A stretch of DNA of 64,000 nt, taken from NCBI GenBank assembly GCA_013265495.1, contig MU058059.1, positions 1,178,001-1,242,000 of the forward strand. The letters are read 5' to 3'. The DNA comes from Vicugna vicugna (taxonomy: Eukaryota). Below, piece by piece: positions 51,954 to 64,000 of this stretch; the stretch's first letter is position 1, and each line of letters opens with the position of its first letter. Made by a program: the position numbers and the translations under genes. Under the pieces are notes generated by a model. The model saw only the letters and a list, made by a program, of their open reading frames with translations. It made no database searches and was not told the origin of the DNA.

Positions 51954-53289
51954 CTGCAGAGCAGCCCTTTCACCGCTTCCCTTATAAATAAAGGGCTCTC
52001 AAAGTTTCTCTGTCACTGATTTTGGGAACTGGAGCCAGGCTGTATGAGTTATGTGACGCTAACACAGTTCCAGCATTGCCTTCACAGCCCTGATGAAGTG
52101 CTGCCAGATTTTAATTGGAACCTGCACATGAAAAAGAGAGCCTCTTTTGACGTCTATAAATAATCACAACACAGCGGAAATGTAGCCGCTGTAGAAATAG
52201 TCACAGCAAATAAGAACTTCCTTTGGAAGCTGCAGAGTCTTTTTTCCCTGGTTCCTCTATTTTCCTTTCACTCCTCATCACCTCTTCCTGTTGGTTCAGA
52301 TGCCTGCTTCCTTGTGCCTAGAATTATTTCCTAATCAAGGTTTGCAATTATGTCCATGCAATATTTGCTTATTTCTGGTTTTCCTCAATGCAGGGTAATG
52401 GTATTATTTGCCTTGGTTTTCAAAAGGTCTGGTGTATATGATTTAAAACTTAATTTTTAGTAACATGTGGGTTTAGGTCCTTAAGCTCTATGGGCTAGAG
52501 AGCTATTGAAATCATCAGGCAGGTGTTTGTTACCTTCTCAGGGGTTGTATACTATACCCACGTGCCATGCACCCCAGCTGTAAGCCATGAAAATCGAAGG
52601 TCACATTAGATCTTTGATTTATATGCGCACTATTAAAAGGAATAAGGCTTGCTCCTCAGAAGCCATATACCTCTTATAATACTTGGAGAACTCAAGGACC
52701 CAGTGCCGAGGAGAATAGATTGATTGAAAATAATTTAACATTTTAAGATCTCTAGGCAGACTAGGACCCTAATCTTTAAACAAAGCACGGGCTTCAGTTT
52801 TGAGTTCCTAGTTTTTCAAGTGGTTAAAGAGTCTAACCTTTGGCCACTTGAGCCCATGTCACCAGAACCAGCACATTAGAGGGCTCAGACCACCAGCCCC
52901 TGACATTCAGCCAGATCATATCAGAAGCTCCTAAACGTCACCCTTTCTCCCCAGTGGTAACTTTAAGCCTCTCCTAATCATCCCCTTTCTTTCCTCTGTA
53001 GTTTCCGCACCAGAACATGTATCCCTATGTATACTTAGGTCCGCGTACTTGCTCTGAGCTGTAGAATCACGTCATAGGTGCCTCTGTGCCTGATTGCACT
53101 CGTCCACACTGCGTCTAGGATTAGTTCCCCTTGACGTATGTGGCTAGAGATCCATTTCTTTTCACTACAACCTAACATGCCACTGAATGCATGTGAAACA
53201 CCATGTGCAGCTGTTCTGCTGGGATGGCCATTTGAGATCCTTGTTCTTATGAACAATATTAAAAGAAGCATTTCTGGACAATTAAAAAA

Positions 53290-55400
53290 AGATGAAGAAA
53301 GTCACCCACAGAGGCCATGATGAACCTCTGGTTCTTAAGCTTGAAGAAGTAAGGCAGGAATGAAGTGCACAATCCTGAAATCCTTTATCATGGGATGGGA
53401 ATAATGAGAATTTAGGTGACTCTGATGACAGTCTCTCCCCAGAGACTTTTGTCTGACTGTTCCCCTCCCCTCCCTGGCTTCCCTGACCACCCCGCAAGGA
53501 GGTATATATATGTGCAGCTTTGTCCTTGATGTTCCCGCCAATCAGAATGACTGTTTCTTCATCCACGGGAGCCTCCTTAGAACCACAGGAGGGCGTATGA
53601 GAAAGGTGAGGGCCAGGCTGAGTGGTAGGGTCTAGGGTAGTGGTTCCCAGACTTGAAGGGGCATCACCATCACCTGGGTGATGGGCCCTTGCTGGGCCCA
53701 CCTCTAGAGCTGCTGCTGCTGCTCACCGAGGACAAGTAGGAGGAGTTTGACCATCAGGTGGACAAGATGACCTGGTTTGTACATTTCAGTCATCGTCTTT
53801 CTCCAGCCACCTTTGTTGTTGCCCAAAGGGCTCATGAACAGAGTGATCAGGGCAGCAGACAACAGTGAGCCCCTAGCCTGGTGGCAGGTCGATTACACTA
53901 AACCAGTTAGTTCATCACTGGAAGGGCAGCGCCTTATTCTTACTGGAACAGGTGCACATAGGAATTTGCCTGCCTTGTTGGAACTGCTCCTGCCCAAACC
54001 GCCATCCATGGGCTTTCAGGATGCCTCTCACCATCGTGGCCTTCCGTGCAGTTTTGATTCTGACATGTAACTAATTTGATGGCAGGTGGCAGTGTGACAG
54101 TGAGCTGGTGCACCCCAGACTCCTCAGTTTCAGTCGTCTAGACAGGTGACCTGATGGGACGGCCTTTTGAAGCCACGTCACAGCACCAGCAATGTGGCAA
54201 CGCTGCAGGGCCGGGGTGATATTCTCCAGAATGGGCTATTTTCTCTGAGCCAGTGGTCGGTCTGTGTGGGTGCTTCTCCCACAGCCAGGGTTCACGCAGG
54301 GTGGAAATACGTGGGAGTGCTTCCTCTCACTACTGCCCCTAATGACTTACCAGTGAAATGTTTGCTTCTGTTAGACTTCAGTTTGGAGCTCTGCTGGTCT
54401 AAGGATCTTCATTCCCAAAGGAGGCACCTTTCCACCAAGAGACGTACTGTGGGTTACATTAGCTGGAGGATGAGATTGTCATGGGGCATCTTTGAGCTAT
54501 TTGTGCCTGGGAAGCTGCAGGCAGAGTTAATGTACTCGCTGAAGTGGTGAAGTCTGGCTGTCAAAGGAAGATTGGTTTACTGCTACACAGTGGAGGCAGG
54601 GAGGTCATCTGGCTTGCAGGAGATCCCGATGGCAACAGGAGGACAGGGGTCTAGGTGTGACTTAGGTGCAAGTGGCATAAATATTACTCAGAAGAATACA
54701 CTGAATTTATCTCCCCTCTTACAGAGAGTGTATTTTCTGTTGTATAAGACATAGTTGTATCATGTCAGGTAGAAGGATGGTTTTCTTATGTCTTTATTTG
54801 GAAGTTAAATATGGTTCATGGGGTGTATCTGGATGCCAAATCGATGACAGATGGACTCTGGTGGTTTTTTTTTTTTCAACTGTGTCAGCTTGGTTAAGTT
54901 GCATCTATTTTTCCAGAATGTACTGCCCTGCGAGTTCTGAGTGAGGAGTTGGCCTAAAGATCAGTTTGCACATGGAGGAGGCAGAGTAGCTGTGGTTCCT
55001 CCTGCAAGGTTAGACTAGGTTGCAGCAGGTGCAGAGGCGCCAGTGGGGTCCAGCTCACCTTTACCCTCGCCTCCGCACCCCCAGATCTTCCTGACTGATG
55101 ACCATTTGGAGCAGCAGGAGCTCAAGGCCCAGCCCCAGACGCTAGTAGTAGACCCACGAGGGAAGAGGTAGACCAGAGCGCAGCTGCCCACAGCACCCCC
55201 AGGAGTCTTCAGTATGCTGTCCCATTTTGGTGGCTAGACATGCTTGGCTTCTCAGGTTGGGGACTCCTTCGCTGATAGTCCGAGTGCCTTCCTGGCCCTT
55301 CACTTCCCCCAGCAACTCCCCCAACATGCAGGTCCCATTTCTGCCCGAGGTCCCTTGTCCCGTAACCTGTAAGACCTCTCCTTTCTGACTGGACCTTGAC
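53290..55400 (+). mobile_element. ERVL internal remnant (integrase) plus 3' MLT2-type LTR (about 54858-55400)
   Basis: PLAWWQVDYTKPVSSSLEGQRLILTG resembles the ERVL integrase WQVDYIGPL..KGQRFVLTG, followed by a PPT-like stretch and a tggtggtt...tgtgtcagcttgg LTR start. Confidence 0.7.
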
Positions 55401-55514
55401 AGGTTGAAAATGCATTGTCCAACCAGATGAAGGCATTTTGAGTAGGGAGTGACAGAGAGGAGGACCTGCTTCAGGAAACCTGGACGATTGCTGGTGATCA
55501 TAATGCCAGTCATA

Positions 55515-55645
55515 GTAGCTGGTATTTATTAATCACCAGCTGTATGTCAGACACAGGGCCTTACATGCCTTATATCATTTATTCCTCACAAAACCCTCTG
55601 TGGTACATACTGTTGTCATCCTGTGTTGCAGGTGAGAAAACTTTT
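55515..55645 (-). mobile_element. MIR
   Basis: atttattaatcacc...tcatttattcctcacaaaaccct...ttgcaggtgagaaaact. Confidence 0.55.
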
Positions 55646-58600
55646 ATATTTAGCTCAGAGATGAAAATTCATGTTCCTAACAAGTATGATTCATCTCACT
55701 TGTCACACGTTAAAATGATTTGTTTACATATCAGTGTCTGCCACCAGAGTATGATATTCCAAGGGCAAGAAGGGGTTCCTTTTAATATTTTCAGTGTTCA
55801 ACACAAGGTCTGAAAACTAAAAGTTTTATGATAAATGTTTGCTGGGTAAATGGACACATAAAAGGGACAATAGGAGGGCATGTGATTGGCATTGGTACTA
55901 CTGGTCCAGAAAAATTGGCAGTGACCCTTGCAATGGACTTCTGTTGAAATTTTCAGGATGTGAGCTCAGCTGCAAAAAGGAATTCAGAGAGAACGCGGAG
56001 TGAGCTTATGCCGTTGATGGGCCTAGGAGTGATAGAGAGAAACACTTATCTGAATTGCCTCCCATTTTGACCAGGGGGAGAGGGGCAGCCAGGGAGGACA
56101 TTCACTGGATAGAAAAAAGCATACAATACCTTGAAACAGGGCATTTGTTTTTACTTTTGGGAGTACATTCATCTACTCAACAGTAGGGGGAGCAAGATGA
56201 GGGGAAATCGGAAATTGTAGCTCACCAAACAGAAAAATGGGAAGGGATCTGAGTCACCTAGGGATAAAAGTAGGAGAAAGTGGCTTTTACAAAGAGCAAT
56301 CTGAAAATAGGGTGTTGATATGTTTTAAAGACTGACTCTTCTGATTCAAATGGTTTTGGAATTGCTCACCAGAACTCTAGCCTTCCAGCACAGCATGGTT
56401 CAGGGAAGGTTCCACAACGATCAATGTAGATGTTCACGTAAAGATAGAGCAGGATGGATTGTTTTTCATCCTCAATCAAATGCTCCATCCTTTGACAATG
56501 GTAACATTCCCACCATGTTGATGCCAATGAGACCCAGGATTGAACCCTTTACTGTGGTCTATTTATAACCAGAATTGAAGTGAAAATTAATGATGCTCTT
56601 GAAATGAGCTGCCCTAGGCATAAAATAGTGTAATAAGATAAAACTTTCCATTGCTATTGCTGTGTTTTGCTTGCTTTGTGAATAAGGCTTATAGTCTGCC
56701 TTGAAATTCGAGACGTTCATAGACTAGTTCTAGGAAGACTAAACTGGAGAAAGGCAAGTTCAAGTGTGTGATCTCTACCAATGAATGTTTATGATGTTAC
56801 ACTTTTGAGTTCTTTGAATACTCTCCATAGCAAATCTTCCCTTAAAAATGCTCCCAAGTGGCACAAACATAAGCTGTTTCAAAATTATATTGACCATCTC
56901 TGAATTTTCTAATTAGAATGTAGGTGGAAAAATCCTGTATATTCAAACTAAGCAACTTAGTTGCATAATGAATTATTCTTATTTTAATTTAATTATGTAA
57001 ATTTGGTCTGAAGTCATTTCCAGTGCCTGTAAAGTTGACATTGTTTGGTTTTACTTCCAGGGCTTTTTTCCCTAGTTTCATTAAGCCCACTTGGTTCTAG
57101 AACAGGTCTTCACTTAGGGTCACAATGTTGACTATAGTATGCATAATGAGAATATAAACTACTTGATATGAAAATCAAAACATAATATGCAAAGTGACCA
57201 TGGAGTCTTACATTTCTGCTTTGCTACCATAAATATGCGCTCCTTTATTCCTAAGCCTGGACTATGACAGAATTCTATGACATAGAAGTTAAGTTTTGGT
57301 ATTGGATTTTCTGAAGGTTGCAGTCTATGTCATAAGAACTATTATTACCTGCTTGAAGCAAGGGTTTTCTTACTCTGCTATTTTTGTTTATAGAGCACAG
57401 GATAAAGCACTAAGTTGCACAAATGCCCTTGCTTCATGTTGCAGTGGTACCACTGGTGCCCCTGTGAACACCTCCGAGATCTTTCATCTGTAATTTCTGC
57501 AACTCAGAACCCCGGGTATCCTCCAGCTGGATACTTCTGTCATCAATCCTAATTTTCATTTCAACAGTCTGATTCCCAAATCTGTCATTCCAGGTCCCAA
57601 CACCAATTTCAGACACTCACATCAGTTTTAGGATATTATGGCAAAAATGCCCTAGACTTTAAGAGGCCCTCTGGCTCAACTTCTCAACTGTCTCCCCTTC
57701 CTCTGCCTTGAAGATTGATTGCGTGGAGCACTTATAAATCAAACGACACAATGGCTGGATGATTCATTCTGAGCCCGGCCTAATATCTTATCCCTCTGTC
57801 TTCCACGAATGAAGTGTGTTGCACGATATTGTGCCAGAGAGAAAGCTTTGCAGTGTAGATCTGCGTTGCTGTTGAAGCTGTTCTTCCTAAACTGGTAAAT
57901 GAGATCAGAGACGAATGAGGCAGGACTGGGACTCTCTGGAAGAGAATCATTTTCAGGGGATAGAAAAGGCTTTGCATTCAACCACCAGCTCCAGGGCTGA
58001 GAATCCAAAACAGCCTCTTAGAATTGGAACTTAACAATCTCCTTTCCAAATGACTGTGGGAGTATGGCTAAATAATTACACATCTCTCAACCATTGTGTA
58101 AACCAGTTTAATTAACATTTTTCAGGCATGTCACATTTATACAATTGCTAAATAATTTTCTAAAATTATGCTGCACTAGAAATTGCCACACATCAACTTG
58201 GATTATTTTTACTCATGGCCCTAATCATGCCTGAAAGATATCTTTTCTTTCCATATCATTTTCTTTTTTTTTTTTTAAACAATTATTTGGTACTTCCATT
58301 GAAGATGATTCATCCTTACAGGCCAACCAGATGCTCTGTTCAAATTATTTGTGTTATGTTTATCTGCCATTGACTTAAGTAAAACTGGCATTTTTTTTGA
58401 GCAGTTATAACATTAAATTTCTTTTCCATTCACTTTATAATAAAAGAAATCTTAGAAAAGCATTCAACCCCAAATCTCGACTTAGAATATACCCTAAAAA
58501 TAAAAGAAAGTTATAAAAATTAAGTGTCCAGCATCCATGGGATTAAGAAAGGAGAAGGCTGCAGACAGGCACTTTCATTGTGTTTTGGCAGCATGTTTCA

Positions 58601-60204
58601 AGAAAGCATTGAGTTTACTCTGTTTCAGAAGATTTAAAAAAATTGGGCACAAACAATTACTGTATTATTAGTAAAGTACTCAGATTACTCTTGGGGTTCC
58701 TTTAAGCCTATTATCATCATCATCATCATTATTATTATTATAGAAGTTATTATTATGACTTATTATAAATGCATTCATCTTCTTTCCAAAATAGTAATTT
58801 CAAGCAAGATTAATAAATCAAGAAATGCTCTGAGGCATAAAGCTGACATGGAATTAGAAATATAAATGGAAGAAATTGTACAATCAAATGTGCAAGCACT
58901 GAAGTCATATTTTGTGCTCAAAACACATTGAGATGTGTGGTTATATAACCAGAAGGATTAGCATTTAGGTCACTGAATTAGTCTTTTGAATTTTCTTACT
59001 CTATCAAGAATTCCATTTTCTTCCTGACATTGTTTACCATGCCATATTAACTATAGCCCTTCATCTCCCAATATTTCCAGATTTTAAATTTCTTACCAAT
59101 AAATATATCTGTATGAAAGACTTGTTTGGTGGCTCTGATAATAAAACTGCAGTGGATCATATCTGTTGAATGTCATCTGTAATGGAAAGTGCTTTTGCAG
59201 AATTTTCACTTTGATGGATTAGAAAAAAGAATAAACAGATTTTATGTTTTCGCCTTGATTGTTTATGCACCAATAAGATTTTGAAGAAATCAAAATGTGG
59301 GAAATTCAAAGAAAGAATAATACTTTTTTTTTACTTTAATCAATGTTTGTATTGAAAGAAGTAGGGTTTTTTTTTTTTGTATATCTTAGTTTGCAGCTTT
59401 ATGTAAATAAAGTAGCAGGCTTCATTTACATAGTGTCAAATCATTATTCTGGCTGAATCTGGTTTCAGCTAATATCCCAAAATGACTGGCTACTTAGAAA
59501 TTTAAAAGCATAGTCTTTTGGTGCCAGTCCTTCAGGTATACTCAGACTTAATGTGCACTTACTTGCAACAGGACAGCCTAGGCCTTAAGTGATCTTTCCT
59601 TTTGTTGTGACCATAGATGTGGGGAAAAAATAGGAATGGGATGCTTTATTAACAAAGATCAGTTATTTTTGCTCTGATATAAATGATGTTGCAAACTAAC
59701 GTAGAAATCCATTAGGTTGTTATGTCTAGATTCTGTACAGATGCCCTATAGCCTGATAAAATAGCCCCCAAGGGAGTTCATGCTGTTCCCAAACTCAGAA
59801 CGGGGATCAACGCAATGTTATCCATCACACCTGAAACATACACAACAGCATTGCCAAGTGGCAGGTTCCCCACTCAGTCTCATCTCTTTATTCCACACCT
59901 GAGAAATGATTTTGAGAGCTTGAACATTTACACTAAATGGTTAGGTTAAAGTGATAGATGACTCAGCAAAAATAATTCTTACTCATAAAGACAGGTTAGG
60001 TCCAATGAGAATATGGTCAGTTCCATGTACTGAAACTTCACAGTTAAGAAATCTTACTAGTCAAGGTCAGTTATAAATGGAGCGTAATTAAATATCTAAT
60101 AAATATCTAATGGAAGAGAATATATATTTTGAGTATCTTAATGCCCAAATCACCTTAATCTTCATTCCAAAAATGCTTCTACTACTTAACAAAAGGAGAT
60201 GTCT

Positions 60205-60378
60205 GGGGGGAGGGTAGAGCTCAGTGGTAGAGCGCATACTTAACATGCATGAGGTCCTGACTTCAATCCCCAGTACTGCCATGAAAATACAAACATACAC
60301 ACATAAACCTAATTACCTCCCCCCCAACAAAATTTAAATAAAATAAAAATGAATTAAAAATAAATAATTTTTTTAAAA
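60205..60378 (+). mobile_element. tRNA-derived SINE, camelid vic-1-like
   Basis: GGGGGGAGGGTAGAGCTCAGTGGTAGAGCGCATACTTAACATGCATGAGGTCCTGACTTCAATCCCCAGTAC with A/B boxes, aacctaattacctcccccc tail, A-rich end and degenerate TSD. Confidence 0.8.
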
Positions 60379-61411
60379 AGGACGTCCACCCATAGATAGG
60401 AAGATAGTTTTGTTTTTGTTTTAAACAGACACCTCACTCTGTCTGCAATTATGCAGATACTGGGGAAGAGGCAAATTTATGTTACGACAGTCTAGCTAGT
60501 TAAATTGTGTTTTGCCTCCATGCAGTTGCTCAGGCTGGTTGCACTGTTTGATAGACCTTTCCCAGATTTTTCTCACCCAGCTGACATTTTCCTCATTTCT
60601 CAAGATTCAGCTGCAGGGTCTACATCATAACTCATAATTCTCCTATCGTATTGAAATGATGGGCTATGTGCCTGTATCAACAACGCTACTGCAAAACTCT
60701 GTGCTCTGGAATTGTCTCGTTCATAGCTTTATCCCTTCCACCTAGCATGGTGCCTATCTGCGTCCTGACAGTTAAAAATATGAACTGATCTGATAATGAG
60801 TTAAGTATTTTACCAAAAAGGCAACAGCTTCAGCTAAAGCCGTTTATTCCTACAGATGAAATTATTGTCTTTTAAGTTATATAAAATGGAGTAAGGCAGT
60901 TATCACATAAAACAAAGCAGTGGCCAAAGTCCTACCCTGAGACAGAAGTAGTTTTTTGGCCTGGCTTGCTTTGGTTGACCTAACACACCAGTTACAGTCA
61001 CTTCTGTACTTTCTTCTTTTGAAAGCATAGCCATAATTTAAAGATACTTGAGTTTCTCAACAGAAAAGCACTTTGTAAATTGCCGGTAAGTTTCTCTTTT
61101 TCCATTATTAAACACTACTAGACATTTAGCAGTCCCTAGTATCAAGTGGATTACTGTCAGTAATACAATGTTAGGCTGCATTTCTTAAATATTGGAAAAT
61201 AAGACAAATTAATGCCCAAAGAGGGCATATGGTTGGGCATTAATTATTATTTGCTGAAATAATGTATTCTAAGGAAAAAAGTTACTGTAATGTTTCATTT
61301 TAAGATGTTTGTCTACATACAAATGAAATGCAAACAAGAGTCAGCAAGTGCTCATTTGTGAAGCAAAAGGCTTCCCTAGCTTAACCTTATCTTTTTTTTG
61401 TCTTTTTGCAG

Positions 61412-61522
61412 GATTCCACCTCTTTTGCATCTGGGGCTGCTGGCTTTTTCCCTCCCCTGTGATTGACAGTCAGCTTCCTTGCCTGTAGCAGGACTGGGTC
61501 CCAGTGTGGGATGGAAGCGCAG
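61412..61522 (+). other. Candidate plus-strand exon (non-coding or start-codon exon)
   Basis: Long polypyrimidine tract + tgcag acceptor and CAG|gtaagg donor. Stops in all frames, but it ends with gggATGGAAGCGCAG. Confidence 0.35.
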
Positions 61523-62879
61523 GTAAGGCAGCATAGGTAATGAGACAGGCACCTGCTTTATGAGACTGCAGTGGAATTTGCTTAAACTTTTTTAGTCTTT
61601 TGATGGCAACATCACGAGGAGAAAAAAACTTACTTCAGTGGTAGATGAGCCAAACATCCTGTTTGTCGTACAGGGCCATCACATAGGCTAGCACTGTTGA
61701 TGGGGTGAGGGTTGGGAGCAGTTTAAGCTGGAATAAATAGATTTGAGATGGTAGAAGCCTGAATGGACCGTGGCTAAGGGGTGAAGACTAAATTCGCAGG
61801 ATGGTGGCCATTTATAACTCCTCCTATGGTTGCTAACAGGGACTAGCCACCAGCCTAGTGCTTTTCTGCCATCGCAGAGAGGTAGATGGCACGCACAAAG
61901 TAAGTTGTGCCTCAGGTCTTTGGAGGGTGGCAGGCAGCTGTTGGACCAAAGTCGTTAGTGCAAATGGACTCCCCAATTTGTGATGACTTAAAACGCATAC
62001 AAATTTTCATAGTCATTTAAAGAAAGTCATTCCTTTTGAAGAAAAGACCTGAAAGATGATTTCTGGGGGTGGGGGAGGGGGAAGCCTTAGAATGTGTTTC
62101 AGAGTTTGTCATTCAAAAATTTAGTCTAAATATTCAACCAGTAATTTTTGTAGTCCAAAATAAATAAAACAATAGTTTAGGTCTGTAGGAAACACTGCAC
62201 AGAGATGAATTCTGTTCTTTATATGTGAAATGTGCGTGTGTGTATATATATATATATATCTGTCTTGGCAAAAATTCTATTCTGATCAAAATACAAATTC
62301 ATATATTCAATTTGTTCTAATCTAATGTTATTGGCAGGGATTTTTTTTAAAGTTCTCTAACTCAAAAGTAATTTTTCAAAACTGCATCTTTAAAAAGAAC
62401 ACAAAATGACTAAAGAAAAGCTAGTATAGAAAAAACTTTTGTTGAGACAACTGAAAAAATCCACAGGTCCCTGCTCCTCACTTAAGTCTTCCCTCAGCCT
62501 TTCTCCCAGGCTTCCCTCCTGACTGGAGGGGGCTGGGACCACGTGGGCACCAGCCTGGCCTGTCTGATGTGACCAGCTGCCGTAATGGGAAAGGAATAAC
62601 CATGGCCAGTTACAGCCAGGCAGGCCAGTTTGCGTGTTCCTTCTCTGTTCTGTGATGCTATGATGCCAGGGGATGTTTGGGGTACAGATACCAATGCTCA
62701 CTCAGTCCATGTTCTACTGGGGGCATTTCGGCAGCCTCGGTGCTCAATCTTTACATTGTCCTTTCTTTAATCTACCTAAATTATAGAGACTCTTTAGTAC
62801 AGTAAGTTTACGGTTGTCCCTAACAATCGAGCAGTAAATTTAGCCTACTAATTACTTTTCGCTCTTCTGCCTTAATAAT

Positions 62880-63400
62880 AGTAGTTAACATTTACTGAAG
62901 GTTTATTTGTGCCAGGAGTTGTTCTGAGTTCTTTAAGTGTGTTAATTTATGTCGTCAGCCCTCAAATAATGAATTCCACGAGTCAGATGCTCTTTATTGT
63001 CTCCACTTACCAAGATGTGGAAACCCAGGTCCAGGGTTCCAAAACCCCACCCAGTCAGGCTCTGTTGCCTTAACCTCTAGATTTTAAACCCCACATTATT
63101 CTGTTATTAAAAAAGCAGGCCACACGAAATGATTCTGTTTACCAGTTGATTCTATTTTAAAGAAAACGAAAACAACTTTAAAGAACACTTTCTACTCATT
63201 GTACGCATTCTATACAGGTATGAATTCATTTGGTCTTTGCGCCGGTCCTGTGCGATAGGCACATTATTATTACCATTGTGTGGGAAAGGAAATTGAGACA
63301 CAGAGAGGCTGAGTAGCTTGCCCATGGTCACCCAGCTAGAATGAGAGAAATTCAGGGTGAGGGTGCATATGCCAATTGTCGTCACTGTTTTAACATTCTA
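62880..63400 (-). mobile_element. MIR fragments
   Basis: gtgccaggagttgttctgag...gatgtggaaacccagg; ggaaattgagacacagagaggctgagtagcttgcccatggtcacccagct. Confidence 0.6.
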
Positions 63401-63719
63401 GTCCGGCTGTTGCCGTTTGCCTTTGAACGAATTATTCCATCTTTCTAATTCTTAGCAACCTCACTGATAAAGGACAGGGGTTGATTATGATCTCCCACAA
63501 ACCCTGTAAAGTGACATTGAAAAAAACCTTGTTTATGCTGATCTGAAGATTTGAATGCGAACTCCAGCTTTTAACTGGCTGTGCATTCTAACACTTCTCT
63601 GAATAGCCCCAAGAATGGTTTCTAGAAAAGGATTCTGCAGGACTCTAAAAATGTAGAAAATATTTTGATGGTCTCCAGAAATGTCAGCTTCAGCTCAGCA
63701 ACTGCCAGTGGGTACAGAT

Positions 63720-63950
63720 AATCCCCAGCTCTGTGTAAATCCTGGCTCTACCATTTAATGGCTGTGTAACCCAGACAAGAGCTCCATTGTTCTGACCTCA
63801 GTGTCTCTGTCTGGAAAGTGGAGATAATAACAACCCCACCTCAACAGAGTTGAGTGAGGATTGAATGAAGAGTCATTGAGACAATATGTATACAGCACGT
63901 GGAACAGCACTTGGCCCACAGTGACCAGTGAGTAAAAGTCTAGCCTTATT
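63720..63950 (+). mobile_element. MIR
   Basis: aaatcctggctctacca..ggctgtgtaacc..cctcagtgtctctgtctggaaagtggagataataac. Confidence 0.65.
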
Positions 63951-64000
63951 ATTGCAGAAGGTCTCTGCTCCTATGAAAGGGAAGGACTGTGAGCTACTAC

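Noticed and set aside
56900..59500. Repeat-poor AT-rich tract with AATAAA motifs
   Set aside because: Could be a UTR or conserved element, but cannot be supported without alignments.
60205..60278. tRNA gene-like sequence
   Set aside because: SINE head with tail and TSD, not a tRNA gene.

Overview
Mammalian genomic DNA, most likely camelid: it carries a vic-1-like tRNA-derived SINE and young L1 3' ends among the usual eutherian repeats (L1M, L2, MIR, MER5/20/58/94, MLT1, MER21, ERVL/MLT2). I see no intact protein-coding gene. The main signal is a heavily decayed, multi-exon gene on the minus strand, from about 42.6 kb (possibly 52 kb) down to about 1.07 kb. Its exons mostly keep AG/GT splice sites and compatible phases but carry many stops and frameshifts. 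Read by eye against remembered family sequences, the exons give, in collinear order: a saposin/NK-lysin-like domain, an essentially complete MTTP-like large lipid transfer (LLT) module, an unassigned linker, a VIT domain, a vWA domain and a VWA5/PARP4-type tail. I know no intact eutherian gene with this architecture, so it looks like an anciently lost unitary pseudogene. A CpG-island promoter (NRF1, E-box, CRE motifs) lies inside one of its introns. All domain assignments are manual and need HMM/tBLASTn confirmation.
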